Shown: positions 1-9,454 of the stretch, piece after piece
Position numbering within the stretch: the first letter of the stretch is position 1
How the letters are laid out: every line of letters begins with the position of its first letter
Assembly: GCA_963805625.1 (NCBI GenBank)
Contig: CAWDVE010000019.1
Location: 512,001 to 576,000, forward strand
Direction: 5' to 3'
DNA from: an uncultured Candidatus Rokubacteria bacterium
GTDB lineage: Bacteria; Methylomirabilota; Methylomirabilia; Rokubacteriales; DASRDR01
DNA length: 64,000 bases
Program-made: the position numbers and the translations under genes
The notes under the pieces: generated by a model
Database searches by the model: none
Seen by the model: only the letters and a program-made list of their open reading frames with translations
What the model was told of the DNA's origin: nothing

Positions 1-429
1 GTCTCCGCCATACACGTGGATCGCTCCCGTGAACACGCGCAGGGGGTTCGTGACAGCATGCACCACGTTCTTGCCCAGCAGGACCGCGTCCCGGATGGCA
101 AGCTCCTTGCTCCCAGCGACGACCAGTCCCTCGGGGCTCCGGCGGTAGAACGTGTTGTCCTCACGGCCACCGTAGAGGCCGATGACCGCCCACATCCGGT
201 GGTCGTGGGGATAGATGGCCATGCCCGGCGCCCAGATGACGTTCAGGATGGTGAGCTCGGGAGAGCGATGCAGCGTGGTGACGCTCCCCAAGGTCGGCGA
301 TCCGAGCGCGCGCTCCACGTCCCCCGGCTGGGCGACCGCGCGCTCGACTAGTTCCCTGACGGCGATCTCAGGGGTCGATTCGCCCAGGGCCGTCCGACAG
401 TCGGCGATGAAGGTGTCGAGGTAGAACAT
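1..429 (-). CDS. cupin / cysteine dioxygenase-like metalloprotein (3' end outside window)
   Basis: Not in ORF track because it runs off the edge. My translation from ATG 429 (RBS GGAGG upstream): MFYLDTFIADCRTALGESTPE...LNVIWAPGMAIYPHDHRMWAVIGLYGGREDN...VHAVTNP...AIHVYG, with CDO-like PHDH and later His motifs. Confidence 0.75.
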   Translation of the reverse strand, partial: MFYLDTFIADCRTALGESTPEIAVRELVERAVAQPGDVERALGSPTLGSVTTLHRSPELTILNVIWAPGMAIYPHDHRMWAVIGLYGGREDNTFYRRSPEGLVVAGSKELAIRDAVLLGKNVVHAVTNPLRVFTGAIHVYGGD

Positions 430-634
430 GGCGATCCTCCTTGCGGCGGGACCAATCGAATGCCCGTTGCGTGCACCCTACGAGGATCACCGCACTTGTG
501 TCCACTGCATTATGTTGACTATAGTGAATGCCTTGAGGCATCCGGGTCATCAGTTCCGTCACGTGCCCCCGGTCCCGCTCCCCCGCGAGACGCGGGACTA
601 GGGCCGGCGCCGCCGCCCCTCCCGGGGTCCTGGC

Positions 635-1066
635 TCAGCGGTCCGGCGGTGGTCGGCGGCCGTCGGCGCGGTACCGGCGGTAGTCGGCGAGGATCAGCGT
701 GTGGTCGAACGCGAGCGGCTCGGGCAAGGCGTCGAGCGGGAAGACTCGGGCTTCGGCCGCGTCGTCCGCGCCGGTTGGAATGCCCCGGGCCCGGCCGATG
801 AAGACGACGCTCAGCGTCGGCCCGCGCGGGTCGCGGGCGGGGTTCGCGTAGACGTGGAAGAGCTCGGCGAGCTCGACGTCTAGCCCCGTCTCCTCTCGGA
901 GCTCGCGCTCGGCGGCCGCCGCCACGCTCTCGCCGGCTTCGACGAATCCGCCAGGCAGGGCCCACCCGGGCGGCGGGTGCTTTCGCCGCACGAGGACGAT
1001 GCCGCCGTCCGCCATCTCCGCGATGACGTCCACCGTTGGGAGCGGCCCGCGCGGCGGGGGGCTCAC
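635..1066 (-). CDS. NUDIX hydrolase (ADP-ribose pyrophosphatase-like)
   Basis: Nudix box GGFVEAGESVAAAAERELREETG; RDPRG and LAFDH motifs. Confidence 0.9.
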   Translation of the reverse strand: MSPPPRGPLPTVDVIAEMADGGIVLVRRKHPPPGWALPGGFVEAGESVAAAAERELREETGLDVELAELFHVYANPARDPRGPTLSVVFIGRARGIPTGADDAAEARVFPLDALPEPLAFDHTLILADYRRYRADGRRPPPDR

Positions 1067-1115
1067 GGTGCAGCCCGCGGGTCGGTTCGCGCACCCGGCT
1101 GTCGAGCCGGGAGGC

Positions 1116-2630
1116 TCAGAGCAGTCGCTCGATCGCGTTCAGGACGGTCTGCTCCACCGAGGACTCCGGCGTCGCCAGGACCTTCCGTTCCTTCGTCCAG
1201 AAGATGCGCTGCTCCTCGAACACCTCACGCTTCACCGATATCGACGTTTCGCTGCGCGAGACGGCGCGGACCACGATGTCCAGTGTGTGCCGCGTGCCCT
1301 CCGCGTAGACGACGAAGTCCTTGAAGGTCACGTTACGAGGCTCGGTTCGGATGACGCCCGTCGCCTGATCCGCGCGGTCGATGTCCCACCCGAGGCTACG
1401 CAGGACCGACTGGGTGACCATCCAGGTCCGCTCCACGGAGACCGGGAACACCCGAACCAGCTGGCCATCGGTTCCCCGTGAGGCAGGAGCCGGCGGAAGG
1501 GATGCGGTGACGGGCGGTGGAGACGCGGAAGACGATGGCATCTCGGTTCCCGGAGCGGGAGGGCTGCCCGTCGCTCGCTCCGACGGCGGGGAGCCAGGCG
1601 GCGCCGTGGCCGCGGGCGGAGCGGCGGCAGTCAGCTTAGATAGCTCTCCGACCAGCACGAGATCGTCCGAGGGCTCACGTGCGCCCCCTTGGCGTTCCAT
1701 CGTGATGCCGAAGATGTCGGGGGACCAGGTCGCCCGGGGCGGGGCGACACGGAGCGTGCCCGCGCCCTGCGAATCCACGGCGAGCAACCCGGCCGAGACG
1801 CGGTTCCCGAGGTTGATGCTGCCGAGCCAGAGCTGGTACGTGCGACCCGCCGGAGGCTGAGGGAGGCCCGACACGACGAGCGTGCCTCCCCCGATGGGCT
1901 CCCACTGGAGCTGTCCGCGCGCCCCTGTGGCCGCGCCGACGGGCACGAGCGAGATCACGCGCGATCCTGCCGTGGGCAGCGCCGTGCCGGGATCCGTCCG
2001 GGCGCTGAGCAGTCTCGGCGCGGTCGCGGACTGGCTCGACGGGGCGCCGAGCGGCGGGCGCTCCGAGGCTGGCGGCGACGGGGCTGGACGGCTCGCGACT
2101 CTGGGGGACGCCGGTTCAGGGGCTCGCTTTGCTGGCGGCGAAGAGGTGGTCGCCGGGGTCGTCGGGGCCGGCTCGGGCGCGCGCGTCACCGGCGGCGGGG
2201 GAGCGGCCGCCGTGGCCGGCTCGGGCGCGGGGATGGATGACGGCGGCGGCGCCGTCGCCGCCAACTCGGTCTCCACCGACGCTGCCGCCGGAGCCTGGGG
2301 CGGACTGACTGCGTTCGGCGAATGCTGCTCCTGCTGGCGAGACACGTTCACGGTGACGCGCGGGAGCGACGGCATCCACGCTTGGCGCCACACCAGCGCC
2401 AGGCCCGCGGCGACGCCTAACACGACGAGGGCCGCGAACAGTAGGGACTGGGATCGCGCACGCGTCCGGCGTCTCGACATGGCGCGCGCTCGCCCGAGAG
2501 TCGCCTGGGATCGTCCCTGAGCGATGGGTCTATCCGCCGGGGCATCTCGCGGCTGAAGGGGTTCTCCACACTGGAGACAGAACCCCTCACGCTCCGAGTA
2601 GTCGCGGTCACACTGAAGGCATCGCATCAT
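1116..2630 (-). CDS. membrane protein: N-terminal zinc ribbon, TM helix, Pro-rich linkers, RskA-like anti-sigma C-terminal domain, C-terminal alpha/beta domain
   Basis: CLQC...CLQCG; hydrophobic LLFAALVVLGVAAGLALVW; LPQPPAGRTYQLW...SAGLL...FGITMERQGG resembles the RskA C-terminal domain. Confidence 0.7.
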   Translation of the reverse strand: MMRCLQCDRDYSEREGFCLQCGEPLQPRDAPADRPIAQGRSQATLGRARAMSRRRTRARSQSLLFAALVVLGVAAGLALVWRQAWMPSLPRVTVNVSRQQEQHSPNAVSPPQAPAAASVETELAATAPPPSSIPAPEPATAAAPPPPVTRAPEPAPTTPATTSSPPAKRAPEPASPRVASRPAPSPPASERPPLGAPSSQSATAPRLLSARTDPGTALPTAGSRVISLVPVGAATGARGQLQWEPIGGGTLVVSGLPQPPAGRTYQLWLGSINLGNRVSAGLLAVDSQGAGTLRVAPPRATWSPDIFGITMERQGGAREPSDDLVLVGELSKLTAAAPPAATAPPGSPPSERATGSPPAPGTEMPSSSASPPPVTASLPPAPASRGTDGQLVRVFPVSVERTWMVTQSVLRSLGWDIDRADQATGVIRTEPRNVTFKDFVVYAEGTRHTLDIVVRAVSRSETSISVKREVFEEQRIFWTKERKVLATPESSVEQTVLNAIERLL

Positions 2631-2650
2631 GAGAAGAAACCCTCAAACTT

Positions 2651-2680
2651 ACGATAGGGGTCCCGCTCTTACCGTGTCAA
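2651..2680 (-). promoter_or_regulatory. sigma-70-type promoter
   Basis: Minus strand TTGACA-N18-TATCGT about 20 nt upstream of the 2630 start. Confidence 0.55.
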
Positions 2681-2735
2681 GCTTGGCGAGCCCCGGAAAG
2701 GCTGGCAAAATTCCCGGTCGGAGCGCGCGGCGCTA

Positions 2736-3296
2736 CTAGATCTGCCCGGTGAGCGCTTGCTCGAAGGCGGTGTAGACAGCCGGGTCGAACAGGACGAATC
2801 GGACCTCGACGACCCGTGTCCCGGCGGCCTGGACCGCCGTGATGGCCACGGGCGCCGCGAGATCCAGGGGATAGCCGTAGATCCCAGTCGAGATCGCGGG
2901 GAACGCGACGGTCGCGCAGCCGAGCGCGTCGGCCACCCGGAGCGACTCGACGTGGCAGCTTCGGAGGAGCGTCGAGCGATCCTCCCCTGGCGAGTAGACG
3001 GGACCGACCGTGTGGATCACCCAGCGGGCGAGAAGCCGTCCGGCTGGCGTCGCTGCCGCCTGGCCTGTGGGGAGGCCATCGGGAAAGCGCTCGGCGCGGA
3101 GGCGCCGGCAGGCTTCGAGGATCGCCGGGCCGCCCCTCCGGTGGATCGCGCCGTCGACGCCACCGCCGCCCATGAGGGTGGAGTTGGCGGCGTTGACGAG
3201 GGCGTCCGCCGACTGCTCGGTGATGTCGCCCCGGACGAGGACGATGCGCGGCACCGCTGGATCAGGCGAACGAGCCCCACTCGTACTCGTGCTCAC
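2736..3296 (-). CDS. ymdB: macro-domain O-acetyl-ADP-ribose deacetylase (YmdB-like)
   Basis: GDIT, VNAANSTLMGGGGVDGAIH, VIHTVGP, AFPAISTGIYGYP. Confidence 0.9.
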   Translation of the reverse strand: MSTSTSGARSPDPAVPRIVLVRGDITEQSADALVNAANSTLMGGGGVDGAIHRRGGPAILEACRRLRAERFPDGLPTGQAAATPAGRLLARWVIHTVGPVYSPGEDRSTLLRSCHVESLRVADALGCATVAFPAISTGIYGYPLDLAAPVAITAVQAAGTRVVEVRFVLFDPAVYTAFEQALTGQI

Positions 3297-4449
3297 CCCG
3301 GATCACCTGGCCGCGCGCGTCCCGGTCGATCGCGAACGGGGCGAGCGGGCTCGCGGCGAAGTCCGCGCCGCGGATGACCTCGGCCAGGGCCCGCCCCATG
3401 GAGGGGCCGAACTTGAATCCCTTGCCGTTGCCCCCGGCGAGGACGAACAAGCCTGGCACGCCAGGCACCGGCCCGGCGAGAGCGTGGCCGTCCGGCGTCC
3501 GCGAGTCGAGGCCCACCCACGTGCGGCCCGGCGACGCGTGCTCGAGCGCCGGGATCCGGGGGATGAGACGCGTCGCCGCCGAGACGAGCTCGTCAAGTGT
3601 CGGCGGGGCGAACTCGGCCTTGCCATGGAAGGGCTCCCCTCGGAAGCCGATCGAGTCCTCGTACCCGGCGCCGATCAGGAGTGCGTCGCCGATCTCGCCC
3701 CGGTACCATTGCTCGGCGGCGTGGTCGATGGTGCACGGCACACGGTCGAGGCCGGGCAGGCCGTGGAGGAGGCCGGCGCCGATCGGCATCGGGAACACGG
3801 GTAGGTCGACGCCGACCTCGGCCGCGAGCTCGCGCGTGCCCGCCCCGGCCGCCAGGACGACCGCCGTGGCCGGGATCCGGTCCGCGCCGAGCCGGATGCC
3901 GGCGGCGCGGCCGCCCTCGGTCAGGACATGCGCCGGGTCCGCATCCGTCAGGACGCGGCCGCCGCGATCGCGGACCCCCGCGAGGAGGCTTCCGATGCAA
4001 TCGGAGGGGTCGGCGTGGCCGCTGTCCGGCTCCCACGCGCCGGCGCCGATGCCGTCCGTCTCCACGCACGGGAGGATCCGCTTCACCCCCGCGGCGTCCA
4101 GCACCTCCGTGGGCACGCCCATAGCCTGCATGAGCGCCACGTTCTTCTCGAGCGTCGGGACCAGCATCGGGGGCACGATGAACAGGAAGCCGTTCCGGCG
4201 ATACCCGTTCTCCCCCCCGACCTCCGCGCTCCAGCGCCGGTGCATCCGCCAGCTCTCGACGGCGAAGTGCGCCTCGGGCGGATTGGCGTAGTGACAGCGA
4301 ATGTAGCCCGCGGTCCGGCCCGAGGCGCCGCCTGCCGGGAGTCCGCGGTCGACCACGACGACGCGGAGGCCCGCGCGCGCGGCGAAGCAGGCCGTGCTCG
4401 CGCCGGCGATGCCGGCGCCGACGACGACGAGATCGACGGGCTGCGCCAT
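3262..4449 (-). CDS. FAD-dependent oxidoreductase (DAO / sarcosine oxidase beta-like)
   Basis: VVVGAGIAG Rossmann motif, GASGRTAG, TPDG, GGNGKGFKFGP. Confidence 0.85.
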   Translation of the reverse strand: MAQPVDLVVVGAGIAGASTACFAARAGLRVVVVDRGLPAGGASGRTAGYIRCHYANPPEAHFAVESWRMHRRWSAEVGGENGYRRNGFLFIVPPMLVPTLEKNVALMQAMGVPTEVLDAAGVKRILPCVETDGIGAGAWEPDSGHADPSDCIGSLLAGVRDRGGRVLTDADPAHVLTEGGRAAGIRLGADRIPATAVVLAAGAGTRELAAEVGVDLPVFPMPIGAGLLHGLPGLDRVPCTIDHAAEQWYRGEIGDALLIGAGYEDSIGFRGEPFHGKAEFAPPTLDELVSAATRLIPRIPALEHASPGRTWVGLDSRTPDGHALAGPVPGVPGLFVLAGGNGKGFKFGPSMGRALAEVIRGADFAASPLAPFAIDRDARGQVIRGEHEYEWGSFA

Positions 4450-4461
4450 GACAGGCTTCTC

Positions 4462-4836
4462 CTATGGGTTCTCGATGCGTGTCGCGAATCGGATGCCGAA
4501 TCCGTCGGGGTCCGCGATCGTGAAGTCGCGGAGGCCGTAGTCGCGATCCGCGATCGGTGAGAGGACGCGGGCTCCCATCGCGGTCGCGCGGCACCACCAG
4601 GTGTCCACGTCCGGCACCATCACTCGCACGTTGGCGTGGGGTGACGGGGGCGCCTCGTAGTGAGGCCGCTCGTCGAGAAAGAGCCGGTGTCCTTCCCACG
4701 TGACTTCGGCGAAGCCTGTCTTCCGGCCCAGGATCTCGAACCCCACGCTTCGGTAGAAGTCCACAGCGCGGGCGAGATTCCGGACGTAGACCTCGACGAC
4801 CAGCTGTTCGGTGGCCGGGACGTAGGATGCGGCCAT
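4462..4836 (-). CDS. VOC/glyoxalase (bleomycin-resistance) family protein
   Basis: VRNLARAVDFY...GF and YGLRDFTIADPDGF motifs. Confidence 0.85.
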   Translation of the reverse strand: MAASYVPATEQLVVEVYVRNLARAVDFYRSVGFEILGRKTGFAEVTWEGHRLFLDERPHYEAPPSPHANVRVMVPDVDTWWCRATAMGARVLSPIADRDYGLRDFTIADPDGFGIRFATRIENP

Positions 4837-4861
4837 TGACGAGCGCCCGTGCCCCGCTCGG

Positions 4862-5704
4862 TCAGCCGTCGGCCCGGTTGACCCGCATCAGGTACCGGTA
4901 AGGATCGCTGGTCATCACGGCGCCCCCGGACACGAGGAGGACGGCACCCGACACCCACGCCGCCTCGTCCGCCGCGAAGTAGACCGCCGCGGCCGCGACG
5001 TCCGCGGGCTGACCCACCCGGCGCAGGGGATAGAACGCCGACCGCTTCTGCCGGTCCGCCTCCGTCGCCAACCACGGCGCCGTCAGCGGGGTCTCCACCA
5101 CGGCCGGCGCGATCGCGTTGACGCGGATCCGATGCTGGCCGAGCTCGACCGCCATGGTCTGGACGATGTTGTTCAGCGCGGCCTTGCACGCCCCGTAGAT
5201 GCCCTCGCCCCCAGGCGCCGCGTACAGGCTGTCGATCGACGAGAGGAAGATGATCGAGCCGCCCGTCCCCCGGTCGCGCATCACCCGCGCGGCTGCCTGG
5301 GCGCCGAAGACCTGGGCGGTGAGGTTCAGGCGCACCATGGCTTCCCACCCCGCCTCGGTGACGTCGAGCCACTCGGCCGTGCTGCCCGGCTCGTCCGTGA
5401 AGCCGCCTGCATTGTTGACCCAGACGTCGATCCGGCCGAGCCGCGCCGCCGCGGTGTCAGCCAGCGCCCGGATCTGGCCGAGATCGGTGACGTCCGTCGG
5501 CTGGACGACCGCCCGCCGCCCCTTGCCTTCGATCTCGCGCGCGACCGTCTCCAGATCCACGCGGTTCCGGGCCCCCAGCACCACGTCGGCGCCCCGGTCG
5601 GCGAAGGCGAGCGCGATTGCCCGGCCGAGGCCACGGCTCGCGCCGGTGACCACGCACGCCTTGCCCGCCAGCGAGAACACTGGCCCCCGTTCAGGCCCAG
5701 CCAT
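4862..5704 (-). CDS. short-chain dehydrogenase/reductase
   Basis: TGASRGLG, NNAG, YGACK (YxxxK), IRVNAIAP. Confidence 0.9.
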   Translation of the reverse strand: MAGPERGPVFSLAGKACVVTGASRGLGRAIALAFADRGADVVLGARNRVDLETVAREIEGKGRRAVVQPTDVTDLGQIRALADTAAARLGRIDVWVNNAGGFTDEPGSTAEWLDVTEAGWEAMVRLNLTAQVFGAQAAARVMRDRGTGGSIIFLSSIDSLYAAPGGEGIYGACKAALNNIVQTMAVELGQHRIRVNAIAPAVVETPLTAPWLATEADRQKRSAFYPLRRVGQPADVAAAAVYFAADEAAWVSGAVLLVSGGAVMTSDPYRYLMRVNRADG

Positions 5705-5769
5705 GGTGGATCCCTCCCCACACGTTATGTAGGCCCTACGTTGGGTCTAGGACCAGATGACGCACCCGC

Positions 5770-8085
5770 TCAGGCCCGGCCATCGTGCATCGCCTTCCAC
5801 ACCCGCTCGGGGCGGAGCGGCATGTCGATGTGCCGGACCTTGAACGAACGAAGCGCGTCGACCACGGCGTTCACCACCGCCGGCGTCGAGCCGATCGTCG
5901 CCGCCTCGCCGATGCCCTTGGCGCCGAGCGGGTTCACCGGCGTCGGCGTGACCGTCTGATCGGTGACGAAGGACGGCAGGTCATCCGCACGCGGGACGCA
6001 GTAGTCCATGAGCGAGCCGGTCACCAGCTGGCCGTCGGGCCCGTAGACCATCTCCTCCAGGAGTGCCTGCGCAATCCCCTGGGCGAGCCCTCCGTGCACC
6101 TGGCCCGCGACCAGGACCGGGCTCACGCGGACGCCGCAGTCGTCGACCGAGATGAAGTCCCGGACCGTGACCTGACCCGTGTCACGGTCGACCTCGACGA
6201 CCGCGATGTGGGCGCCGAAGGGGTAGAGGAGTTGGGGCGGCCGGAAGAAGTCGGTCGCCTCAAGACCCGATTCGATCGAATCGGGCAGCTTGTCGCCGTA
6301 CGCGTGCCCCGCGATCTGGGCGAGCGTGAGGGCGCGCGCCGGAACCCCCTTGACCTGGTATCGCCCGTCGTCGAAGACGACGTCGTCCTTCGCCGCCTCC
6401 AGCACGTGCGCCGCGATCGCGCGCGCGTGCTCCTGCACCTTGAGGGTTGCTCGCAAGATGGACGTGCCGCCGACCGCCAGGCTCCGGCTCCCGCCGGTCC
6501 CGTTGCCCATGGGGGTGTTGGACGTGTCACCGTGCCGGACCACGATCTGGTCAAAGGAGACGCCCAGGTGGTCCGCGATGATCTGGGCGAAGGTCGTCTC
6601 GTGGCCTTGGCCGTGAGCCGACGTGCCGGTATAGGCCGTTACCGTGCCCGAGGGCTCCACCCGGACGACGGCGCTCTCGAAGGGGCCGAAACCGCACATC
6701 TCGACGTAGCAGGCCATCCCGATACCGAGGAGCTTCCGATCGCCGCGCGCGAGCCGGGCGGCCTGGTCCTTGCGGAGCGCGTCGTACTTCGAGAGCTGGA
6801 GCGCCTTGGTCAGCGCGCGGTCGTACTCCCCGCTGTCGTAGCGCTGGCCCGTCGGCGTGGTGTAGGGGAAGGCGTCGGGGGCGATGAAGTTGCGCCGCCG
6901 CACCGTCTCGGGCGGCACACCCAGCTCCTGGGCGGCGAGGTCGACGATGCGCTCGATGTAGTAGCAGCCCTCCGGCCGGCCGGCGCCGCGGTAAGCCGCC
7001 ACCGGCGTCGTGTTGGTGAAGACGCAGGTCGAGCGGAGATCGACGTTGGGGATGCGGTAGACGCCGACCCCCATCATGAGCGCCAGGTCGGGGATGAACG
7101 TGAAGATCGGGTAGGCGCCGATGTCGGCGAGGACGTGCACTCGGAGCGCCGTGATGGTGCCGTCGCGCTCGACCGCCGCCTCCACGTCGGTCACGTGGGC
7201 GCGACCGTGCGTCGTCGCCACCATGTGCTCGACGCGCGTCTCGACCCACCGGAGCGGCAGCCGGTGGAGCTTCGCCATCGCCGCCAGCGCGGCGTCCTCC
7301 GGGTAGACCCCGAACTTCACCCCGAACCCGCCGCCGACCTCGGGGGCGATCACGCGGATCTGGTTCTGCTCGAGCCCGAGAAGGGTCGCGAGCCCGTTGC
7401 GCATCATGTGGGGCGCCTGGGTCGTGGCCCAGACCACCAGGCCGCCGGTGGTCGAATCGGGGGCGGCCACCGTCGCGCGCCCCTCGAGGGGCACGCCGCA
7501 GAGACGCTGGCTGACCATGCGCTGGCGCACGACCTTGAAAGCCCGGGCGAAGGCGGCGTCCGTGTCGCCGGCGGTGATGCGATTCTCGTGCTCCACATTG
7601 CCTGGCGCATCGGCGTGGACCTGGGAGGCGCCGGGCTTCCGGGCCTCGAGCGGATCGCTCACCGCGGGCAGCGGCTCCCAGTCGACGGCGACCTCGGCGG
7701 CGGCGTCGACCGCGAGCTCCTCGGTCGCGGCGATGACCGCGGCGACCGCCTCACCGACGTGGCGGACGCGGTCGACCGCGAGGGGGTAGTGCTTCCGGCC
7801 GATCGCCGCATGACCCTCGCCTCCCTCGGTCGACGCCTGGTCGACGGGCACGGGCCCGCAGTGGGGCTTGAGGTCGGTGCCGGTGACGACGGCGACGACC
7901 CCCGGACGCTTCAGCACGGCCGAGGCATCGATCCGGCGGATGCGCGCGTGCGCGTGCGGGCTCCGGACGAACGCCACGTAGTGGAGCCCCGGCAGGAAAA
8001 TGTCGCCCGTATACGTGGACGCGCCCGTGATTAGACGCGGGTCTTCCTTGCGCTTGACCTGGGCACCCATCATCTTCACGGCCAT
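5770..8085 (-). CDS. xanthine dehydrogenase family molybdopterin-binding large subunit (form II CoxL-like)
   Basis: EDPRLITG, VGGGFG, AYRGAGRPE, GQGHET, GQVHGG, KGIGEA. The AYRGAGR motif is form II, not the form I AYxCSFR. Confidence 0.9.
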   Translation of the reverse strand: MAVKMMGAQVKRKEDPRLITGASTYTGDIFLPGLHYVAFVRSPHAHARIRRIDASAVLKRPGVVAVVTGTDLKPHCGPVPVDQASTEGGEGHAAIGRKHYPLAVDRVRHVGEAVAAVIAATEELAVDAAAEVAVDWEPLPAVSDPLEARKPGASQVHADAPGNVEHENRITAGDTDAAFARAFKVVRQRMVSQRLCGVPLEGRATVAAPDSTTGGLVVWATTQAPHMMRNGLATLLGLEQNQIRVIAPEVGGGFGVKFGVYPEDAALAAMAKLHRLPLRWVETRVEHMVATTHGRAHVTDVEAAVERDGTITALRVHVLADIGAYPIFTFIPDLALMMGVGVYRIPNVDLRSTCVFTNTTPVAAYRGAGRPEGCYYIERIVDLAAQELGVPPETVRRRNFIAPDAFPYTTPTGQRYDSGEYDRALTKALQLSKYDALRKDQAARLARGDRKLLGIGMACYVEMCGFGPFESAVVRVEPSGTVTAYTGTSAHGQGHETTFAQIIADHLGVSFDQIVVRHGDTSNTPMGNGTGGSRSLAVGGTSILRATLKVQEHARAIAAHVLEAAKDDVVFDDGRYQVKGVPARALTLAQIAGHAYGDKLPDSIESGLEATDFFRPPQLLYPFGAHIAVVEVDRDTGQVTVRDFISVDDCGVRVSPVLVAGQVHGGLAQGIAQALLEEMVYGPDGQLVTGSLMDYCVPRADDLPSFVTDQTVTPTPVNPLGAKGIGEAATIGSTPAVVNAVVDALRSFKVRHIDMPLRPERVWKAMHDGRA

Positions 8086-8132
8086 CGGGATTCTCCCCTC
8101 AGTGGTTTAGGGTGGGTGATGCGGTCATCGGA

Positions 8133-8852
8133 TCAGACGAGCGGCCAGGGGTATCGCATGCCGGTCGCGTCCTCGGGGAACTGCTTGGCGGCGCCAAGCG
8201 CGCGAGCCCGCGCGAGGAGCGCAGCGCGCTCCTCCGGACCGAGGAGCTCGGCGAGCGGCTCCGGCAGGCCCTGGGCGGCGAGCCGGCTCACCGCCGCCCG
8301 GATCTCTCCGGGAATCGGGTCTCCCGAGAAGTCCCAAACGACGGTGCGGAGCTTCGGCTCGGCGTGGAAGCACAGGCCGTTGTCGATCGCGTACAGGCGG
8401 CCGTCTCGGCCCAGGAGGCAGTGCCCGCTCTTGCGGTCGGCGTTGTTCGCGACGAGATCGAAGGCGCAGAGGCGCGTGAGCGCCGCGCGATGCTCCGGGC
8501 GCTCGCGGAGCGTGAAGTAGTGCTCCTCGAACTCGGCCTCGACGAACAGCTGGATCGAGCCTGGGCCGTACGGGCCCTCGCGCGCGAGCGTCAGCGGGAC
8601 CAGGCCGAAGCCGAGGGTCTCAGAGAGGAGGTAGGCGGCCACCTCGCGCCGGTGGAGCCCCCGCGGGAAGTCCCAGAGCGGCCGCTCGCCGCGCAGGGGC
8701 TTGTACACCCCGAGGGCGGTGGCGGGCCCGCGGGTCACCTCCACGAGGAAGGTGGCGTTCGAGGCCCAGGGGAGCCGTCCCTTGACGGCGATCTCGCCCC
8801 GGGCGAGGAGCTCGATGGGGGCGGTGGCGGCAGCTCGCGGCATCGCGGGCAC
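8133..8852 (-). CDS. SCO1664-family PI3/4-kinase-like protein
   Basis: ASNATFL, VYKPLRGERPLWDFP, REVAAY, NNADRKSGHCL, IDNGLCF. Start placed at GTG 8852 (touching the upstream TAG) or ATG 8843. Confidence 0.85.
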   Translation of the reverse strand: MPAMPRAAATAPIELLARGEIAVKGRLPWASNATFLVEVTRGPATALGVYKPLRGERPLWDFPRGLHRREVAAYLLSETLGFGLVPLTLAREGPYGPGSIQLFVEAEFEEHYFTLRERPEHRAALTRLCAFDLVANNADRKSGHCLLGRDGRLYAIDNGLCFHAEPKLRTVVWDFSGDPIPGEIRAAVSRLAAQGLPEPLAELLGPEERAALLARARALGAAKQFPEDATGMRYPWPLV

Positions 8853-9454
8853 TAGTCGGAGCCGTGCCCGTTCGTGCGGGCGCAGCGGTGGCCACCCGGG
8901 TTCATCGGCCGGCCGCAGAGCCGGCATGTGGGTCGCCCGCCCTCGACGAGGACGCGCGCCCGCTCCACGAAGGCCGCCACCTGGAGCCGAGTGAGGTGGA
9001 CGCGCCCCGACGCCCGATCACCTTCGCCGGCCGCAGCCTCCTCCTCTGCTTCGGGCTCGGGCGGTTCGGGCTCGGCCTCCGAGTGGACCTCCGGCTCCGC
9101 CTCCCGGTCAGACTCCTCGGTCTCCGTCCCTTCCTGCTCCCGGGCCTCCTCGATGACGAGAACCACTCGGTCGGTCGCCTCGTCATAGCCGACCCCGATC
9201 GAGCCCACGATCCACGACGGCGTGACCGGCTCGACCAGTGCGAGGTCCGAGCCCGAGGCTGACGCCGGCGCGGACAGCCGCTCGAGGAGGCGGCCGAGGT
9301 ACTCGCCCAGCACGCGGACCTGCTCCTTCTCGCACTTGAGCGTGACCAGCGTGTCGCCCTCCCGGGTCTGGAGGTAGAAGACGCGCTGGCCCGGCGGGCC
9401 GATCGTGCCGGCGGTGAACAGGTCGGGGGTCGAGAAGTCGAACGAGTCACTCAT
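8852..9454 (-). CDS. DUF3090 family protein
   Basis: FTAGTIGPPGQRVFYLQ...KCEKEQV...GRPTCRLCGRPMNPGGHRCARTNG; acidic insertion. Confidence 0.85.
   Translation of the reverse strand: MSDSFDFSTPDLFTAGTIGPPGQRVFYLQTREGDTLVTLKCEKEQVRVLGEYLGRLLERLSAPASASGSDLALVEPVTPSWIVGSIGVGYDEATDRVVLVIEEAREQEGTETEESDREAEPEVHSEAEPEPPEPEAEEEAAAGEGDRASGRVHLTRLQVAAFVERARVLVEGGRPTCRLCGRPMNPGGHRCARTNGHGSD

Noticed and set aside
635-3296. NUDIX plus macro-domain as an ADP-ribosylation toxin-antitoxin or defence system
   Set aside because: No ADP-ribosyltransferase or sirtuin seen, and a separate promoter lies between the genes.
5785-8034. Long antisense ORFs (e.g. 5785-8034 +, 18979-20685 +, 22195-24111 +, 23949-25532 -, 27835-29460 -)
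   Set aside because: Shadow frames of real genes in very high-GC DNA; no recognisable motifs.
5770-8085. Aerobic CO dehydrogenase (form I coxL)
   Set aside because: Active-site loop is AYRGAGR, not AYxCSFR; no coxM/S/D/E/F/G nearby.
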